From assembly GCA_038279365.1 (NCBI GenBank), contig JAYODI010000005.1:1-64000 (forward strand): 64,000 nt of DNA, written 5' to 3'. Made by a program: the position numbers and the translations under genes. Shown one piece after another: positions 50,462-61,104 of the stretch; position 1 is the stretch's first letter, and each line of letters begins with the position of its first letter. The DNA is from Candidatus Latescibacterota bacterium. Lineage in GTDB: Bacteria; Latescibacterota; UBA2968. The notes under the pieces were generated by a model. That model worked only from the letters and a program-made list of their open reading frames with translations, did not search any database and was not told the DNA's origin.

Positions 50462-51541
50462 ATGGGAAGCACATTTGGCCAAGCCTTTCGCATCACCACT
50501 TGGGGAGAGTCGCACGGCGGTGGTGTGGGTGTTGTTGTAGATGGGTGTCCACCGGGCTTGGAAATATCGGCAGAAGAAATCCAAATCGAACTCGACCGCC
50601 GCAAACCCGGTCAAAGCAAAATCACCACACAGCGCAAAGAAGATGACCGCATTGAAATACATTCGGGTCTCTTTGAAGGCAAAACGCTCGGCACCCCCAT
50701 TTCCATGATGGTCTGGAATGCCGATGCACGCTCCAAAGACTACGAAGAGATGCGCACCAAATATCGCCCTTCACATGCCGATTACACCTATCAAATGAAA
50801 TATGGCATTCGCAACTGGACGGGAGGCGGTCGTGCCAGTGCTCGCGAAACCATTGGGCGTGTGGCCGCAGGGGCCATTGCACGCAAACTGCTTGCCCAAG
50901 ACTATGGCATCGACATCATCGCTTATGTGCGTCAAGTTCACACCCTCGCCATCCAAGTGGACCCCATCACAGTCACACGTGAACAAGTAGAAGCCAATAT
51001 TGCCCGCGTGCCCGATGCAGCAATGGCCGAAAAAATAATTGAACGCATTGATGCCGCACGAAAAGACGGCGACTCACTCGGCGGTGTGGTAGAAGCCGTT
51101 GCCCACAATGCCCCTCCGGGGTGGGGCGAACCCATTTTTGACAAACTCGAAGCCGACCTTGCCAAAGCCATGCTCTCTATTCCTGCCTGCAAAGGTTTTG
51201 AATCGGGTTCAGGTTTTGCTGGTGTGAGCATGACAGGCACCGCGCATAATGACCCTTTCTACAACGACGGCCAAAACATACACACCCGCACCAACTATTC
51301 AGGAGGGATTCAAGGGGGCATTTCCAATGGCGAACCCATCATCATTCGCACCGCCTTCAAACCCACCGCCACCATATTGGCCGAACAAGAAACCGTAGAC
51401 GTAGAAGGCAATGCCACCACGCTCAAAGGCCGTGGCCGCCACGACCCCTGTGTTCTCCCGCGCGCCGTGCCTATTGTTGAAGCCATGATGGCTCTGGTAC
51501 TCGTCGATCATTACCTGCGCCAACGTGGCCAAAGAGGTTAA
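50462..51541 (+). CDS. aroC: Chorismate synthase
   Basis: [37 protein letters not shown]. Confidence 0.97.
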   Translation: MGSTFGQAFRITTWGESHGGGVGVVVDGCPPGLEISAEEIQIELDRRKPGQSKITTQRKEDDRIEIHSGLFEGKTLGTPISMMVWNADARSKDYEEMRTKYRPSHADYTYQMKYGIRNWTGGGRASARETIGRVAAGAIARKLLAQDYGIDIIAYVRQVHTLAIQVDPITVTREQVEANIARVPDAAMAEKIIERIDAARKDGDSLGGVVEAVAHNAPPGWGEPIFDKLEADLAKAMLSIPACKGFESGSGFAGVSMTGTAHNDPFYNDGQNIHTRTNYSGGIQGGISNGEPIIIRTAFKPTATILAEQETVDVEGNATTLKGRGRHDPCVLPRAVPIVEAMMALVLVDHYLRQRGQRG

Positions 51542-51545
51542 ACCG

Positions 51546-51641
51546 ATGTTCAATTTAGATCCTTATACAGATACGATATATGATATCTGTAAAAAATATG
51601 CGGTCAAACGCGTCCATCAGTATAAAACCACCACATCATAA
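51546..51641 (+). pseudogene. Remnant of a minimal nucleotidyltransferase (MNT antitoxin-like) gene
   Basis: Hand-translated MFNLDPYTDTIYDICKKYAVKRVHQYKTTTS*; resembles an MNT N-terminus but lacks the FGS motif. Confidence 0.4.
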
Positions 51642-51647
51642 ACAAGA

Positions 51648-51677
51648 AAGGCTCGGCAAACTGCTGTCGAGCCTTCG
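51648..51677 (+). terminator. Hairpin / possible terminator
   Basis: aaggctcggca..tgtcgagcctt. Confidence 0.5.
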
Positions 51678-51691
51678 CTACTTATACCACT

Positions 51692-53335
51692 ATGGATAAA
51701 ACGATCTTCACATGCATCAAAAATGATGCGCCACACACCTATCAATTTCCGTGGCGCAACTTCACGCACCTCTTAAAAACACGTGCAGAACAAACACCTG
51801 ATAAACCGGCGCTCATCTTTCACGACTGTGACACCGATGCGCGCAAAGTGATCACCTATGCCGAGTTTGAACGCCAAACGGCGGCACTTGCCGGTCACTT
51901 GCATCGCGATTACAACATTCAACCCGGCGATTGCGTGAGCCTTGCCTTACCCAACTGTTCCGAAATCCCCTTGCTCACCCTTGCACTCTTTCGCCTTGGT
52001 GCAACCTCAGTACCTCTCGACCTTGCCAAAGATGTGCCCGAACGCAAACGTTACAAAATCGAAAACGCCAAATCCAAACTCCTCGTCGTTTTGCCGGAAC
52101 ACGAACAAAAAGAACGTGAAGAATTACCCCACGTTCCAATCGTAACCACCCAACAATTGCTCTCAGCAAACACCCCCCATGCCGATTTAGAACCTGAGTG
52201 GTCTGGCGATTCTAAATTGGAGCAAGGGGCAAATATTGTTCTCTACACTTCCGGCACCACAGGGCATCCCAAAGGCGTCTTACTCACCCGCCAAAGCATC
52301 ACATCCAATGCCGATGGCATCATCCGTTGGTTGGGCTTTGATGAAAACGAACGATTAAACCTCGTTCTCCCACTGCACCACGTCAACTCCACCGTATTCT
52401 CCATCACCAGTCTTATGGTGGGTGGTACACTCATCCTCAACTCTCGTTACAGTGTCTCGGCATTTTGGCGCGTTGTGGCACAAGAACAGGCCACCTCGGC
52501 CAGCATTGTGCCCACCATCATGGCAGATCTCCTATCACGCAAAGAAGAAGCCCATGCCCACGACATTTCATCACTCAAAAAAATCATGATCGGCTCGGCA
52601 CCCGTACCCGCCAAAGTGGCTGGCGAATTTTTCAATCACTTTGGCATTCGCCTCGTGCAAGGGTATGGCTCCACAGAAGTCAGCTTGCGTGTCACAGGTG
52701 TACCACCCACCTTGCCCGAAGACCAATATCGCGATATTTTACAAAAAAACAGCATAGGCGCAGAATTGGCCAACAACAACATTTGCATTGATGGCAACCC
52801 ACCCGAAGGTGAACCGGGTGAAATACTTGTCCGTGGTCCCGTCACAGCCAACGGATATCTGAACCAACCCGAAGCCACCAACGACGTCTTTAAAAATGGG
52901 TGGTTCTATTCGGGTGACATGGGGTTTTATCGCGACCTCTATGGTCACCGTTTTTACTTTATGCATGGCCGCAAAAAAGAAATCCTCATCAAAGGTGGTG
53001 TCAACATCTCGCCCATTGCAGTTGAAAATGCATTGCGTGATGCCTGCCCCGAAATTGATGCCACATATGTTATTGGCCTGCAACACGACCGCTGGGGTGA
53101 GGAAGTTTGTGCGGCAGTCATCTTCAATACATCCGTTCACGATACCCAAGAAGCTGCCAACAAAATTGTTGAAAAAGGACAAAAAGGCCTTATTGCCAAC
53201 TTAAGCACCTACGAAGCCCCAGCACGTGTTATTGCCATCACCCAAGAAGACCTGCCGCTCACCTCAACAGGCAAAGTTCAACGCAGTGCGCTGAGAGAAA
53301 AAATCCAAATCTGGATTGATCAAAAGAAAGTTTAA
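51692..53335 (+). CDS. AMP-dependent acyl-CoA ligase family
   Basis: YTSGTTGHPKG, QGYGSTE, GWFYSGD, GRKKE, TSTGKVQR. Confidence 0.9.
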   Translation: MDKTIFTCIKNDAPHTYQFPWRNFTHLLKTRAEQTPDKPALIFHDCDTDARKVITYAEFERQTAALAGHLHRDYNIQPGDCVSLALPNCSEIPLLTLALFRLGATSVPLDLAKDVPERKRYKIENAKSKLLVVLPEHEQKEREELPHVPIVTTQQLLSANTPHADLEPEWSGDSKLEQGANIVLYTSGTTGHPKGVLLTRQSITSNADGIIRWLGFDENERLNLVLPLHHVNSTVFSITSLMVGGTLILNSRYSVSAFWRVVAQEQATSASIVPTIMADLLSRKEEAHAHDISSLKKIMIGSAPVPAKVAGEFFNHFGIRLVQGYGSTEVSLRVTGVPPTLPEDQYRDILQKNSIGAELANNNICIDGNPPEGEPGEILVRGPVTANGYLNQPEATNDVFKNGWFYSGDMGFYRDLYGHRFYFMHGRKKEILIKGGVNISPIAVENALRDACPEIDATYVIGLQHDRWGEEVCAAVIFNTSVHDTQEAANKIVEKGQKGLIANLSTYEAPARVIAITQEDLPLTSTGKVQRSALREKIQIWIDQKKV

Positions 53336-53341
53336 ACCCTT

Positions 53342-55612
53342 ATGGAAACCAAAAAAATTGACATACTCGTCATCGGGGGTGGCATGGCAGGTGTCTTTGC
53401 CGCATTGGGTGCCAAAACCCCAGATGTTTCAGTTGCCATAATTGAACCTTCCAACGTACTTGGCGGACAAGGCACTGCAGGAGGTGTCGCAGGCTTTTGT
53501 GGAGACAGCCAACGTGTGAACGCGCCCTTTGCCGAACTGGTTGCCACGCTCTCCGAGCACAAGCTCATCGCCCCTTATAAACCCAATGCCGACCGCCGCC
53601 CCTTTGACTTGGAACACTGTGGGTTTTATTTGCAAGAGCAAGTGGTTCAAGCGGGAATTGACATTTATTTTCATGCACGCGCCTTAGATGCCAAAGCTCA
53701 ACATGGCACCGTCACATCTGTACGCATCTCCTGTGCCTCCAATGAAATCATCTTTGAGCCCAAAATGGTCATCGACGCCACAGGCGATTGTGTCATCCCC
53801 GTACAAACTGGTTTTGAAACCTTCCACGAACTGGCCAACGTACAATTGCCCATGAGCCTCTATTTCACCATGTGGGATTCAGGACAAAAAGTGACGCCCC
53901 ATTTACCGCCCGGATGCCCCACGTGGCAAACAGATGACGACTTGCCCATGACCACCTTGCACATCTTTGACTCGGGCAAAGTCGAAATCAAAATGAAAGT
54001 GGTAGGCTTTGATGCGGCCGATGGTCAAAGCTTGTCTCAAGCCGAAATACATGCCCGCCGACAAATGATGGGCCTCATTTATCACTTACAAACAAAAGGC
54101 TATCAGGGCAAAAAACTCGACCAACACATCCTCGCATCGGTCTCTCGCCACATTGGCCAGCGCGAAGGCCGAAGAATTGTGGGCGAATATGTGCTCACCG
54201 AACACGACGTCACACACGCCGCCACCTTTGACGACGCCATTGCTGTAGGCACCTATCACCTCGACTATCACTGGCCCGACAAAGTGGAACGTGCAGGTAC
54301 TGGCATCACCACCATGGTCGAACCTTATCACATTCCCTTGCGCAGCCTCATTCCCAAAAGTGCCCAAAACTTGCTCGTGCCAGGGCGCGGGTTATCGGGC
54401 GATCAAATGGCCATGAGTTCGTATCGCGTGCAAGCCACCTGTGCACAAACGGGCTTTGCCGCAGGAAAAGCGGCGTGGCAATGTGTAAAAGATCAAACCA
54501 ATCTCACCACCGTATCGGTCACAGCCATTCAGCAAAACATTCAAAACAACGGCCAATCGCTCAACCTCTCAGATTATGGCGACTATTTGCGCCGCCGCAT
54601 TCACACCCACGAACACATCTTCGAAAATGCGCCCTTCGACTCGTGCCACGCCTCCTCACTCGTACAATTGCCCAACAACCGCCTGTTTGTCGTTTGGTTT
54701 GCAGGTTCTCGCGAAGGTTCCAACGATGTGGGCATTTGGGGAGCCGAGCGCATCAACGCCCAATGGTCTCCCCCACGTCATCTTGTCAAAGTGCGCAACG
54801 AACCCCATTGGAATCCTGTGCTCTTCACCGCACCCAATGGCAACGTACACCTCTTTTTTAAAGTATCTGTTGAAGGCCCACCCTTCCAAGGTGAACGCAA
54901 ACGCGTCACTGATGGATGGGAAACATGGCGCATCATCTCCAAAGATGAATGCCAAACGTGGAGTTCTCCCCATCCTATTTTCCCTGGCGATCCCTTAGGA
55001 CGTGGCCCCGTTAAAAACAAACCCATCTTGCTCTCCAACGGCGATTGGTTAGCGGGCGCATCCATTGAAATACGGCATCCCAACAACCCAACCAAACCCG
55101 ACATTTGGGACGTTTTCGTAGACCGAAGCACAGACAATGGTCAAACATGGGTCGCATCGGAATATCTGCACCTTGACCGCTCCCAAACCACAGGCAAAGG
55201 TGTCATCCAACCCACACTGTGGGAATCAACAACTGGCCACGTTCACATGCTCACGCGCAGTACCGAAGGCATGGTCTACCGTGCCGATTCGGCCACATAT
55301 GGGCAAACGTGGTCCGATTTATACCCCATCAACTTGCCCAACAACAACAGCGGTTTAGATGTGACCAAGTTACCCGATGGTACCCTTGCGCTGGTTTGTA
55401 ACCCCGTTGCCAAAAATCGCTATCCCTTATCCATTCTCTTATCAACAGACAACGGACACACCTGGCCACACCGCTTAGACATTGAAACCGAACCTGGTGA
55501 ATATTCTTACCCAGCCATTATCCCTACAGCCACAGGCATGGCCGTTACATACACCCACAATCGCAAAACCATCGCCTATTGGCATGGGGCTATGGAACAA
55601 ATCATAAAGTAA
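53342..55612 (+). CDS. FAD-dependent oxidoreductase fused to a BNR/Asp-box sialidase-like domain
   Basis: GGGMAG, IDATGD, REGRRIVG, YHIPLRSL; then HASS, WFAGSREG, S.D.GQTW boxes, YSYP. Confidence 0.85.
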   Translation: METKKIDILVIGGGMAGVFAALGAKTPDVSVAIIEPSNVLGGQGTAGGVAGFCGDSQRVNAPFAELVATLSEHKLIAPYKPNADRRPFDLEHCGFYLQEQVVQAGIDIYFHARALDAKAQHGTVTSVRISCASNEIIFEPKMVIDATGDCVIPVQTGFETFHELANVQLPMSLYFTMWDSGQKVTPHLPPGCPTWQTDDDLPMTTLHIFDSGKVEIKMKVVGFDAADGQSLSQAEIHARRQMMGLIYHLQTKGYQGKKLDQHILASVSRHIGQREGRRIVGEYVLTEHDVTHAATFDDAIAVGTYHLDYHWPDKVERAGTGITTMVEPYHIPLRSLIPKSAQNLLVPGRGLSGDQMAMSSYRVQATCAQTGFAAGKAAWQCVKDQTNLTTVSVTAIQQNIQNNGQSLNLSDYGDYLRRRIHTHEHIFENAPFDSCHASSLVQLPNNRLFVVWFAGSREGSNDVGIWGAERINAQWSPPRHLVKVRNEPHWNPVLFTAPNGNVHLFFKVSVEGPPFQGERKRVTDGWETWRIISKDECQTWSSPHPIFPGDPLGRGPVKNKPILLSNGDWLAGASIEIRHPNNPTKPDIWDVFVDRSTDNGQTWVASEYLHLDRSQTTGKGVIQPTLWESTTGHVHMLTRSTEGMVYRADSATYGQTWSDLYPINLPNNNSGLDVTKLPDGTLALVCNPVAKNRYPLSILLSTDNGHTWPHRLDIETEPGEYSYPAIIPTATGMAVTYTHNRKTIAYWHGAMEQIIK

Positions 55613-55622
55613 GGAGATACGT

Positions 55623-55940
55623 GTGCGTGCCCTCTTTGCACTCTTTAATCTCTTGCGCATCCGAGGCATTGCCTCTATTATTTTGAAACTGCCACAATAC
55701 CTGCGTTTGTCTTGGCGCCTCATGTGGGATACACGCACACCCGCCCACCTCAAACTGTGGGTCTTGTTGGCAACCATATACGCCATTTCACCACTCGACT
55801 TTATTCCCGATTTCTTTTTACCTCTTGTGGGATATGGCGAAGACCTAGTATTGGTCATCTTATCCTTGCGCCACCTCATACAAAACAGCCCGCCCGACTT
55901 GGTCACGGAGCATGCCAAGGAAATGACACAGAAGAAATGA
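55623..55940 (+). CDS. YkvA/DUF1232 family membrane protein
   Basis: DTRTP, YAISPLDFIPDF, GYGED. Confidence 0.85.
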   Translation: MRALFALFNLLRIRGIASIILKLPQYLRLSWRLMWDTRTPAHLKLWVLLATIYAISPLDFIPDFFLPLVGYGEDLVLVILSLRHLIQNSPPDLVTEHAKEMTQKK

Positions 55941-55941
55941 T

Positions 55942-55998
55942 AGATCACAGATCACAGGTCGAAATCTACACCAGAAATCGTTGACCTGAGATTTGTGG
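55942..55998. repeat. Inverted degenerate heptamer element
   Basis: agatcac agatcac aggtc ... gacctga gatttgt. Confidence 0.45.
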
Positions 55999-56033
55999 TA
56001 TTCGTCCTCTAACTTTCACTCTGAATATTCACT

Positions 56034-58040
56034 ATGTCCAAAAACCCAACATCTCCATTAAGCACACGCCTATTTGATGCGCTATTCATATCGCTCATCA
56101 TTGCAGTACCCCTTGTGTGGTCATCAGAATTTGTCTTTGTCGCCTATTATCCCAAACTACTGGCACTCTATATAGGCCTATTCTTACTCTATGGCGTTTG
56201 GATTTTCCAAAGCCATCGCCGTAACCTCTATTATACCTCCACCCTCACCCTCCCCATCATCGCCTATGTCTCGGTCGGCACGTTATCCATTTTTGTGGCC
56301 CACAATCGCGTAGACCCCATGCTCAACCTGGCACACTTGGTTGCCTTTCCCCTATTCTTTTGGGTAGTACTGAACAATTATCGCAGCCAAAATCTCACCC
56401 AATATTTTGCGTGGGCTGTTGGCACAGGTATTCTGATTGCCCTTTTGGGTATATGCCAATATGCAGGTTGGGGATTTCACTGGATACCCTCAGCAGGTTT
56501 TCCAAGTGCGACATTGGGCTACCGCAACTTTGCCGCGATGTATGTAATCCTATGCATTCCCATCTGCCTATATTTGTTTATAGATGCCACACAAGAAAAA
56601 AAACAATTCTTCTGGGGTATTGCTACCGCCATTTTGGTGACTTTCTTAATTTGTACCCGCACCCGCGGTGCCTGGCTCGGTTTATCAGTTGCTATCACCA
56701 TTGGCATCTTGATTTCACTCATCATCAAAACCCACGATGGTCAACCCCTTAGAAAATCTTTATTCGCCACCTGCACAAAACAACATATCCCACCAGTGAT
56801 CGTCGGTATCGTCATCACCTCGCTGTTTACATTTTTGGTGCCACCCAACATGCAAGGACGGGGGTTTGAATCAAACCGCCTCGACAAAAACAGCATCATC
56901 AACAATGTGGCCTCCATCATAGACCACGAAAGAGACACACGCCAAAGCTTACAAACACGACTGGCCATTTGGAAAAATTCTTTGACCATGATCGAAAATA
57001 CCCCCGTGTTGGGCGTGGGCCTTGGTAATTGGCAATATCAATATCCACCCTATGACAACGGCGAAAGCGTTTGGGAAGGCGTCACACCCAAACGCCCACA
57101 CAACGACTATATTTGGATCGCGACCGAACAAGGCATCATTGGTCTGCTCACCTATATTTGGCTTTTGTCCACCGCATTTTTTATTGCCTATCGACTCATA
57201 CGCACACGCAACAGATCACGTGTCGGCTTGCCCTTTTTTATTGCCATTTCTATCGCGGCACTCTCCACCCACGCCTTTTTTAGCTTCCCAAAAGAACGCC
57301 TTGACGTCTCCCTTTTGTTTTGGTTTTGTCTCACCGCACTGGCCATATTAGAAGCCGAAAACCGCCCACGCTCTCACAACCCTATTTGGCGATTTGCAAA
57401 CATCTTGGCGCTTTTCATTTTGATATCTGGCCTATTTTTAAGTGTACGTGCCCTCAAATTTGATACCCATTTTGCACGGGCTCAAAATGCCGTGGAACGC
57501 AACGATTGGACACAGGTAGTACGCGAAACATCTGCTGCCATTGATTATGGCATCTTTGATCCACAAGTCTTTCTTGTACGTGGTGTGGGGCATATGTATT
57601 TGGGCAATTATCAACAAGCCGCCCAAGACAACCAAACCTGCCTGACGTATCACCCATACTTCTTAAATGCACTCAACAACATGGGTTCTATTTACAACGC
57701 ACTTAAAGACTATCCAAAGGCCATTTCTTTTTTACAACGTGCACTCAAAATCAACCCACAACATGCCGATGCCTTTGCCAACTTGGGCGTTGCCTATCAG
57801 GGCCTACTACAATTTGACAACTCGGTTGCATCTTTTGAAACCGCCTATCAAATAGAACCCAAAAACACACAAATTCGGGGCTATTTGGCCAAAGCCTATT
57901 ACAGCCAGGGCGAATACCACCTCAGCCAACAAGACACATCCAAAACCATACAAGCCTATCAAAGTTTTTTAAAAATTTGGCCAGGCGATGCACAAACCGC
58001 CAACATTGTTGAGCAAAAACTGCGCGCATTAACAAAGTGA
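56034..58040 (+). CDS. O-antigen ligase/Wzy_C family protein with TPRs
   Basis: ATLGYRN, TRTRGAW, RLAIW, GVGLGNW, PHNDY..EQGIIG, C-terminal TPRs. Confidence 0.85.
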   Translation: MSKNPTSPLSTRLFDALFISLIIAVPLVWSSEFVFVAYYPKLLALYIGLFLLYGVWIFQSHRRNLYYTSTLTLPIIAYVSVGTLSIFVAHNRVDPMLNLAHLVAFPLFFWVVLNNYRSQNLTQYFAWAVGTGILIALLGICQYAGWGFHWIPSAGFPSATLGYRNFAAMYVILCIPICLYLFIDATQEKKQFFWGIATAILVTFLICTRTRGAWLGLSVAITIGILISLIIKTHDGQPLRKSLFATCTKQHIPPVIVGIVITSLFTFLVPPNMQGRGFESNRLDKNSIINNVASIIDHERDTRQSLQTRLAIWKNSLTMIENTPVLGVGLGNWQYQYPPYDNGESVWEGVTPKRPHNDYIWIATEQGIIGLLTYIWLLSTAFFIAYRLIRTRNRSRVGLPFFIAISIAALSTHAFFSFPKERLDVSLLFWFCLTALAILEAENRPRSHNPIWRFANILALFILISGLFLSVRALKFDTHFARAQNAVERNDWTQVVRETSAAIDYGIFDPQVFLVRGVGHMYLGNYQQAAQDNQTCLTYHPYFLNALNNMGSIYNALKDYPKAISFLQRALKINPQHADAFANLGVAYQGLLQFDNSVASFETAYQIEPKNTQIRGYLAKAYYSQGEYHLSQQDTSKTIQAYQSFLKIWPGDAQTANIVEQKLRALTK

Positions 58041-58101
58041 CACATCATCCAAACAGTTTGTAGATGCGATGCTTCCAATCACACAACAAACTCACAAAAT
58101 C

Positions 58102-59208
58102 ATGCCCAATACATTATCCAAAACACCTCCTAAAAATATTGGCAAACGCCTCCTAATATGGTATGACGCCAATAAACGCGATATGCCTTGGCGACACACC
58201 AAAGATCCCTACCGTATTCTTCTTTCAGAATTTATGTTGCAACAAACCCAAGTCGATACCGTTATTCCTTATTATCACCGCTTTCTCGAAGCATTTCCCA
58301 CCGTTCACCATTTGGCCAAAGCCCCCCAAGACAAAATACTCAAAGCCTGGGAAGGCCTGGGATATTATGCACGCGCCCGCAACTTACACAAAGCCGCCCA
58401 AGCCATCTCCCTACAATTTGATGGCACAGTTCCCAACACCTACGACACCTTGAAATCGCTCCCTGGTTTTGGCCCATATACAACCGCAGCCGTGCTCAGC
58501 ATTGCCTACAACAAAGATCACGCCGTGCTCGATGGCAATGTTATTCGTGTCTTAACACGCCTTTTTAATATCCATGAAGATGTCACCCAAAACACCGTCA
58601 AAAAGCACCTATGGGAACTGGCCGAAAGTTTATTGTCAAAAGGGCACGCAGGCGATTATAATCAGGCGATCATGGAGCTGGGGGCAACCATTTGTACCCC
58701 CAAGAATCCCAATTGCCCAACCTGCCCACTGGTAAAAGTATGTGAGGGCTTTCAGGCCAATGAACACGAAACCCTCCCCATCAAAGCCAAAAAGAAACCA
58801 CGTCCACACCATACATGGGGCGCAGGTATTGTGTGGCACAACAACAAAGTGCTTATCACACAGCGCCCACAAAACGGATTGCTTGGTGGTTTGTGGGAAT
58901 TTCCTGCAGGTACGCAACAACCCAATGAAACCCTCCAAGAAACGTGCATACGTGGCATAAAAGAAACCGTGGGCATTGACATCCACATTCAAGATCGCTT
59001 TCGCAGTGTCAAACATGCCTTCACACATTTCAGCATCACCGTTCATGCTTTTCAGTGTCAGTATATAAAAGGCAATACCCAAACACTGACATGCGATGCC
59101 TTTGCTTGGGTATCTTTAAAAGAACTCTCAGACTATGCCTTCACACGCACCAGTCGCAAACTATCTGATATGCTTCAACAAAACATGCAACATGACCTTT
59201 TTTCCTAA
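58102..59208 (+). CDS. mutY: A/G-specific adenine glycosylase
   Basis: SEFMLQQTQV, WEGLGYYARARN, DGNVIRV, CTPKNPNCPTCP..C, GLWEFP; start could be 58069. Confidence 0.95.
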   Translation: MPNTLSKTPPKNIGKRLLIWYDANKRDMPWRHTKDPYRILLSEFMLQQTQVDTVIPYYHRFLEAFPTVHHLAKAPQDKILKAWEGLGYYARARNLHKAAQAISLQFDGTVPNTYDTLKSLPGFGPYTTAAVLSIAYNKDHAVLDGNVIRVLTRLFNIHEDVTQNTVKKHLWELAESLLSKGHAGDYNQAIMELGATICTPKNPNCPTCPLVKVCEGFQANEHETLPIKAKKKPRPHHTWGAGIVWHNNKVLITQRPQNGLLGGLWEFPAGTQQPNETLQETCIRGIKETVGIDIHIQDRFRSVKHAFTHFSITVHAFQCQYIKGNTQTLTCDAFAWVSLKELSDYAFTRTSRKLSDMLQQNMQHDLFS

Positions 59209-59261
59209 TCGTCACAATACAATCGCGCGGGATTCCCGCACCCGATTCAAAGGAATTCACC

Positions 59262-60014
59262 ATGAGTGTTATCTCTCAAAACCTCGCAAACCGAACCGCC
59301 ATTGTTACAGGCTCTGCACAAGGCATTGGCAAGGCCATTGCACAACGCCTTGCAAAAGCAGGTGCCACAGTGGCCATTGCCGATCTTAACCTTGAAAACG
59401 CAAAAAAAACAGCGCAAGAAATAGGCAACAACGCCATTGCCATTCACCTCGATGTGTCCAATGCCCAAAGTGTTCAGCAAGCCATCGATATCTGCCTTTC
59501 ACAATGGCAACACATCGACATCTTGGTCAACAATGCGGGCATCGTGGGCTCGGGCACACCCGTTAAAGACCTCACCGAAGAAGATTGGCACAATGTATTA
59601 AGCATCAACCTCACAGGAGTTTTCCTTTGCGCCCGTGCCGTATTGCCCACCATGCTTGCACAAAAAAAAGGCGCCATTGTCTCCGTTGCCTCTATTGCAG
59701 GAAAAGAAGGCAACCCCAACATGGCCCCCTATGCCGTTTCCAAAGCCGGTGTTATCGGTTTTACAAAATCACTGGCCAAAGAACATCTACACGATGGTAT
59801 TCGTGTCAACTGTGTGGCCCCAGCGCTCATTCAAACGCCCTTATTAGACGGCGTTGAACAAAAACAAATCGACTACCTCACATCCAAAATTCCTATGGGC
59901 CGTCTCGGACAGCCCGAAGAGGTCGCCGCCGTCATTCACTTTCTTGCCTCAGACGATGCGTCATTTGTCACTGGCCAATGTTATGATGTAAGTGGTGGAC
60001 GTGCGACCTATTAA
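59262..60014 (+). CDS. Short-chain dehydrogenase/reductase
   Basis: TGSAQGIG, NNAG, YAVSK. Confidence 0.92.
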   Translation: MSVISQNLANRTAIVTGSAQGIGKAIAQRLAKAGATVAIADLNLENAKKTAQEIGNNAIAIHLDVSNAQSVQQAIDICLSQWQHIDILVNNAGIVGSGTPVKDLTEEDWHNVLSINLTGVFLCARAVLPTMLAQKKGAIVSVASIAGKEGNPNMAPYAVSKAGVIGFTKSLAKEHLHDGIRVNCVAPALIQTPLLDGVEQKQIDYLTSKIPMGRLGQPEEVAAVIHFLASDDASFVTGQCYDVSGGRATY

Positions 60015-60068
60015 ATAACCACGCCAAAACCCACCACGGCACCCAGATCAAGAACCACAAGGCAGTCC

Positions 60069-61052
60069 ATGAAAAATATCATCGAAAAATCTAAAACACC
60101 ACCGCGCAAAGTCGTAGTGGGCACGCTCATGAAAAGTTTTTGGGGACCCTATGAAGGACTGTCTCACCGTCTTCGAAATTTGGGCAACAGCATCGACCAA
60201 ATGGCACATCAGTCCATTCAAAAAGGTTATAACGGCACCCTTGACCTCATCGTTTTACCCGAAAATGCCATATGTGATGAAAACCTCCAAGACGCATCTG
60301 AAAAATGTTTGCCCTTTGAAGGCGAAATACACAACACCTTTCGCACCAAAGCATGTCAGCACAACACGTACATACTGGTGCCCATGTTTCTCACCAAAAA
60401 CGGCATCCTGAGTAATGCTGCAATCTTGTTGGATCGCTCTGGCGATATTGTGGGCACCTATCATAAAGCCAACCCCGTTTTGCCAAGAGGCGCTACCCAA
60501 TATGAAGGAGGGGTTGTGGTTGGTACTGAATATCCTGTCTTTCATTGCGATTTCGGGTGTGTAGGGGTTCAAATCTGTTTCGACATCCATTTTGATGAAG
60601 GATGGCAAACCTTATCTGAAAAAGGTGCTGAAATTGTCGCCTGGCCCACACAATCTCCCCAGATCGTTCAACCATCTGCACGTGCCGAAAAAGAAGGCTA
60701 TTATATCATCTCCAGCACTTGGCGCGACAATGCCAGCATTTTTGAGCCCAGTGGCCTTATTGCCGCACAAACAGAAACCCATTCCATTCTCGTCCACCAA
60801 TTAGACCTCAGTTATGCCATACTGCCGTGGCAACCCACACTTCAACAAGGGCAACTCTTTACCAAACATTATGGTGACAGTGCCGGATATCACTATTCAT
60901 CTCGCGAAGACAGAGGCTTATTTTGGTCCAATGACCCTCACCTATCCATTGGAAATATGGTACAAGCATTGGGCTTGGAGCACAGATCTGAGCTTTTTGC
61001 CCGTTACCAGCGCAGCACACAACCTCCCCGCCCAACCAGTGACACAAAATAA
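60069..61052 (+). CDS. Carbon-nitrogen hydrolase
   Basis: VLPE, YHK, QICFD. Confidence 0.85.
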   Translation: MKNIIEKSKTPPRKVVVGTLMKSFWGPYEGLSHRLRNLGNSIDQMAHQSIQKGYNGTLDLIVLPENAICDENLQDASEKCLPFEGEIHNTFRTKACQHNTYILVPMFLTKNGILSNAAILLDRSGDIVGTYHKANPVLPRGATQYEGGVVVGTEYPVFHCDFGCVGVQICFDIHFDEGWQTLSEKGAEIVAWPTQSPQIVQPSARAEKEGYYIISSTWRDNASIFEPSGLIAAQTETHSILVHQLDLSYAILPWQPTLQQGQLFTKHYGDSAGYHYSSREDRGLFWSNDPHLSIGNMVQALGLEHRSELFARYQRSTQPPRPTSDTK

Positions 61053-61104
61053 AACAATCGCTTACAAGGCAAGAACTGTCAGCAATTTTTAAGGAATCGG
61101 GCAC

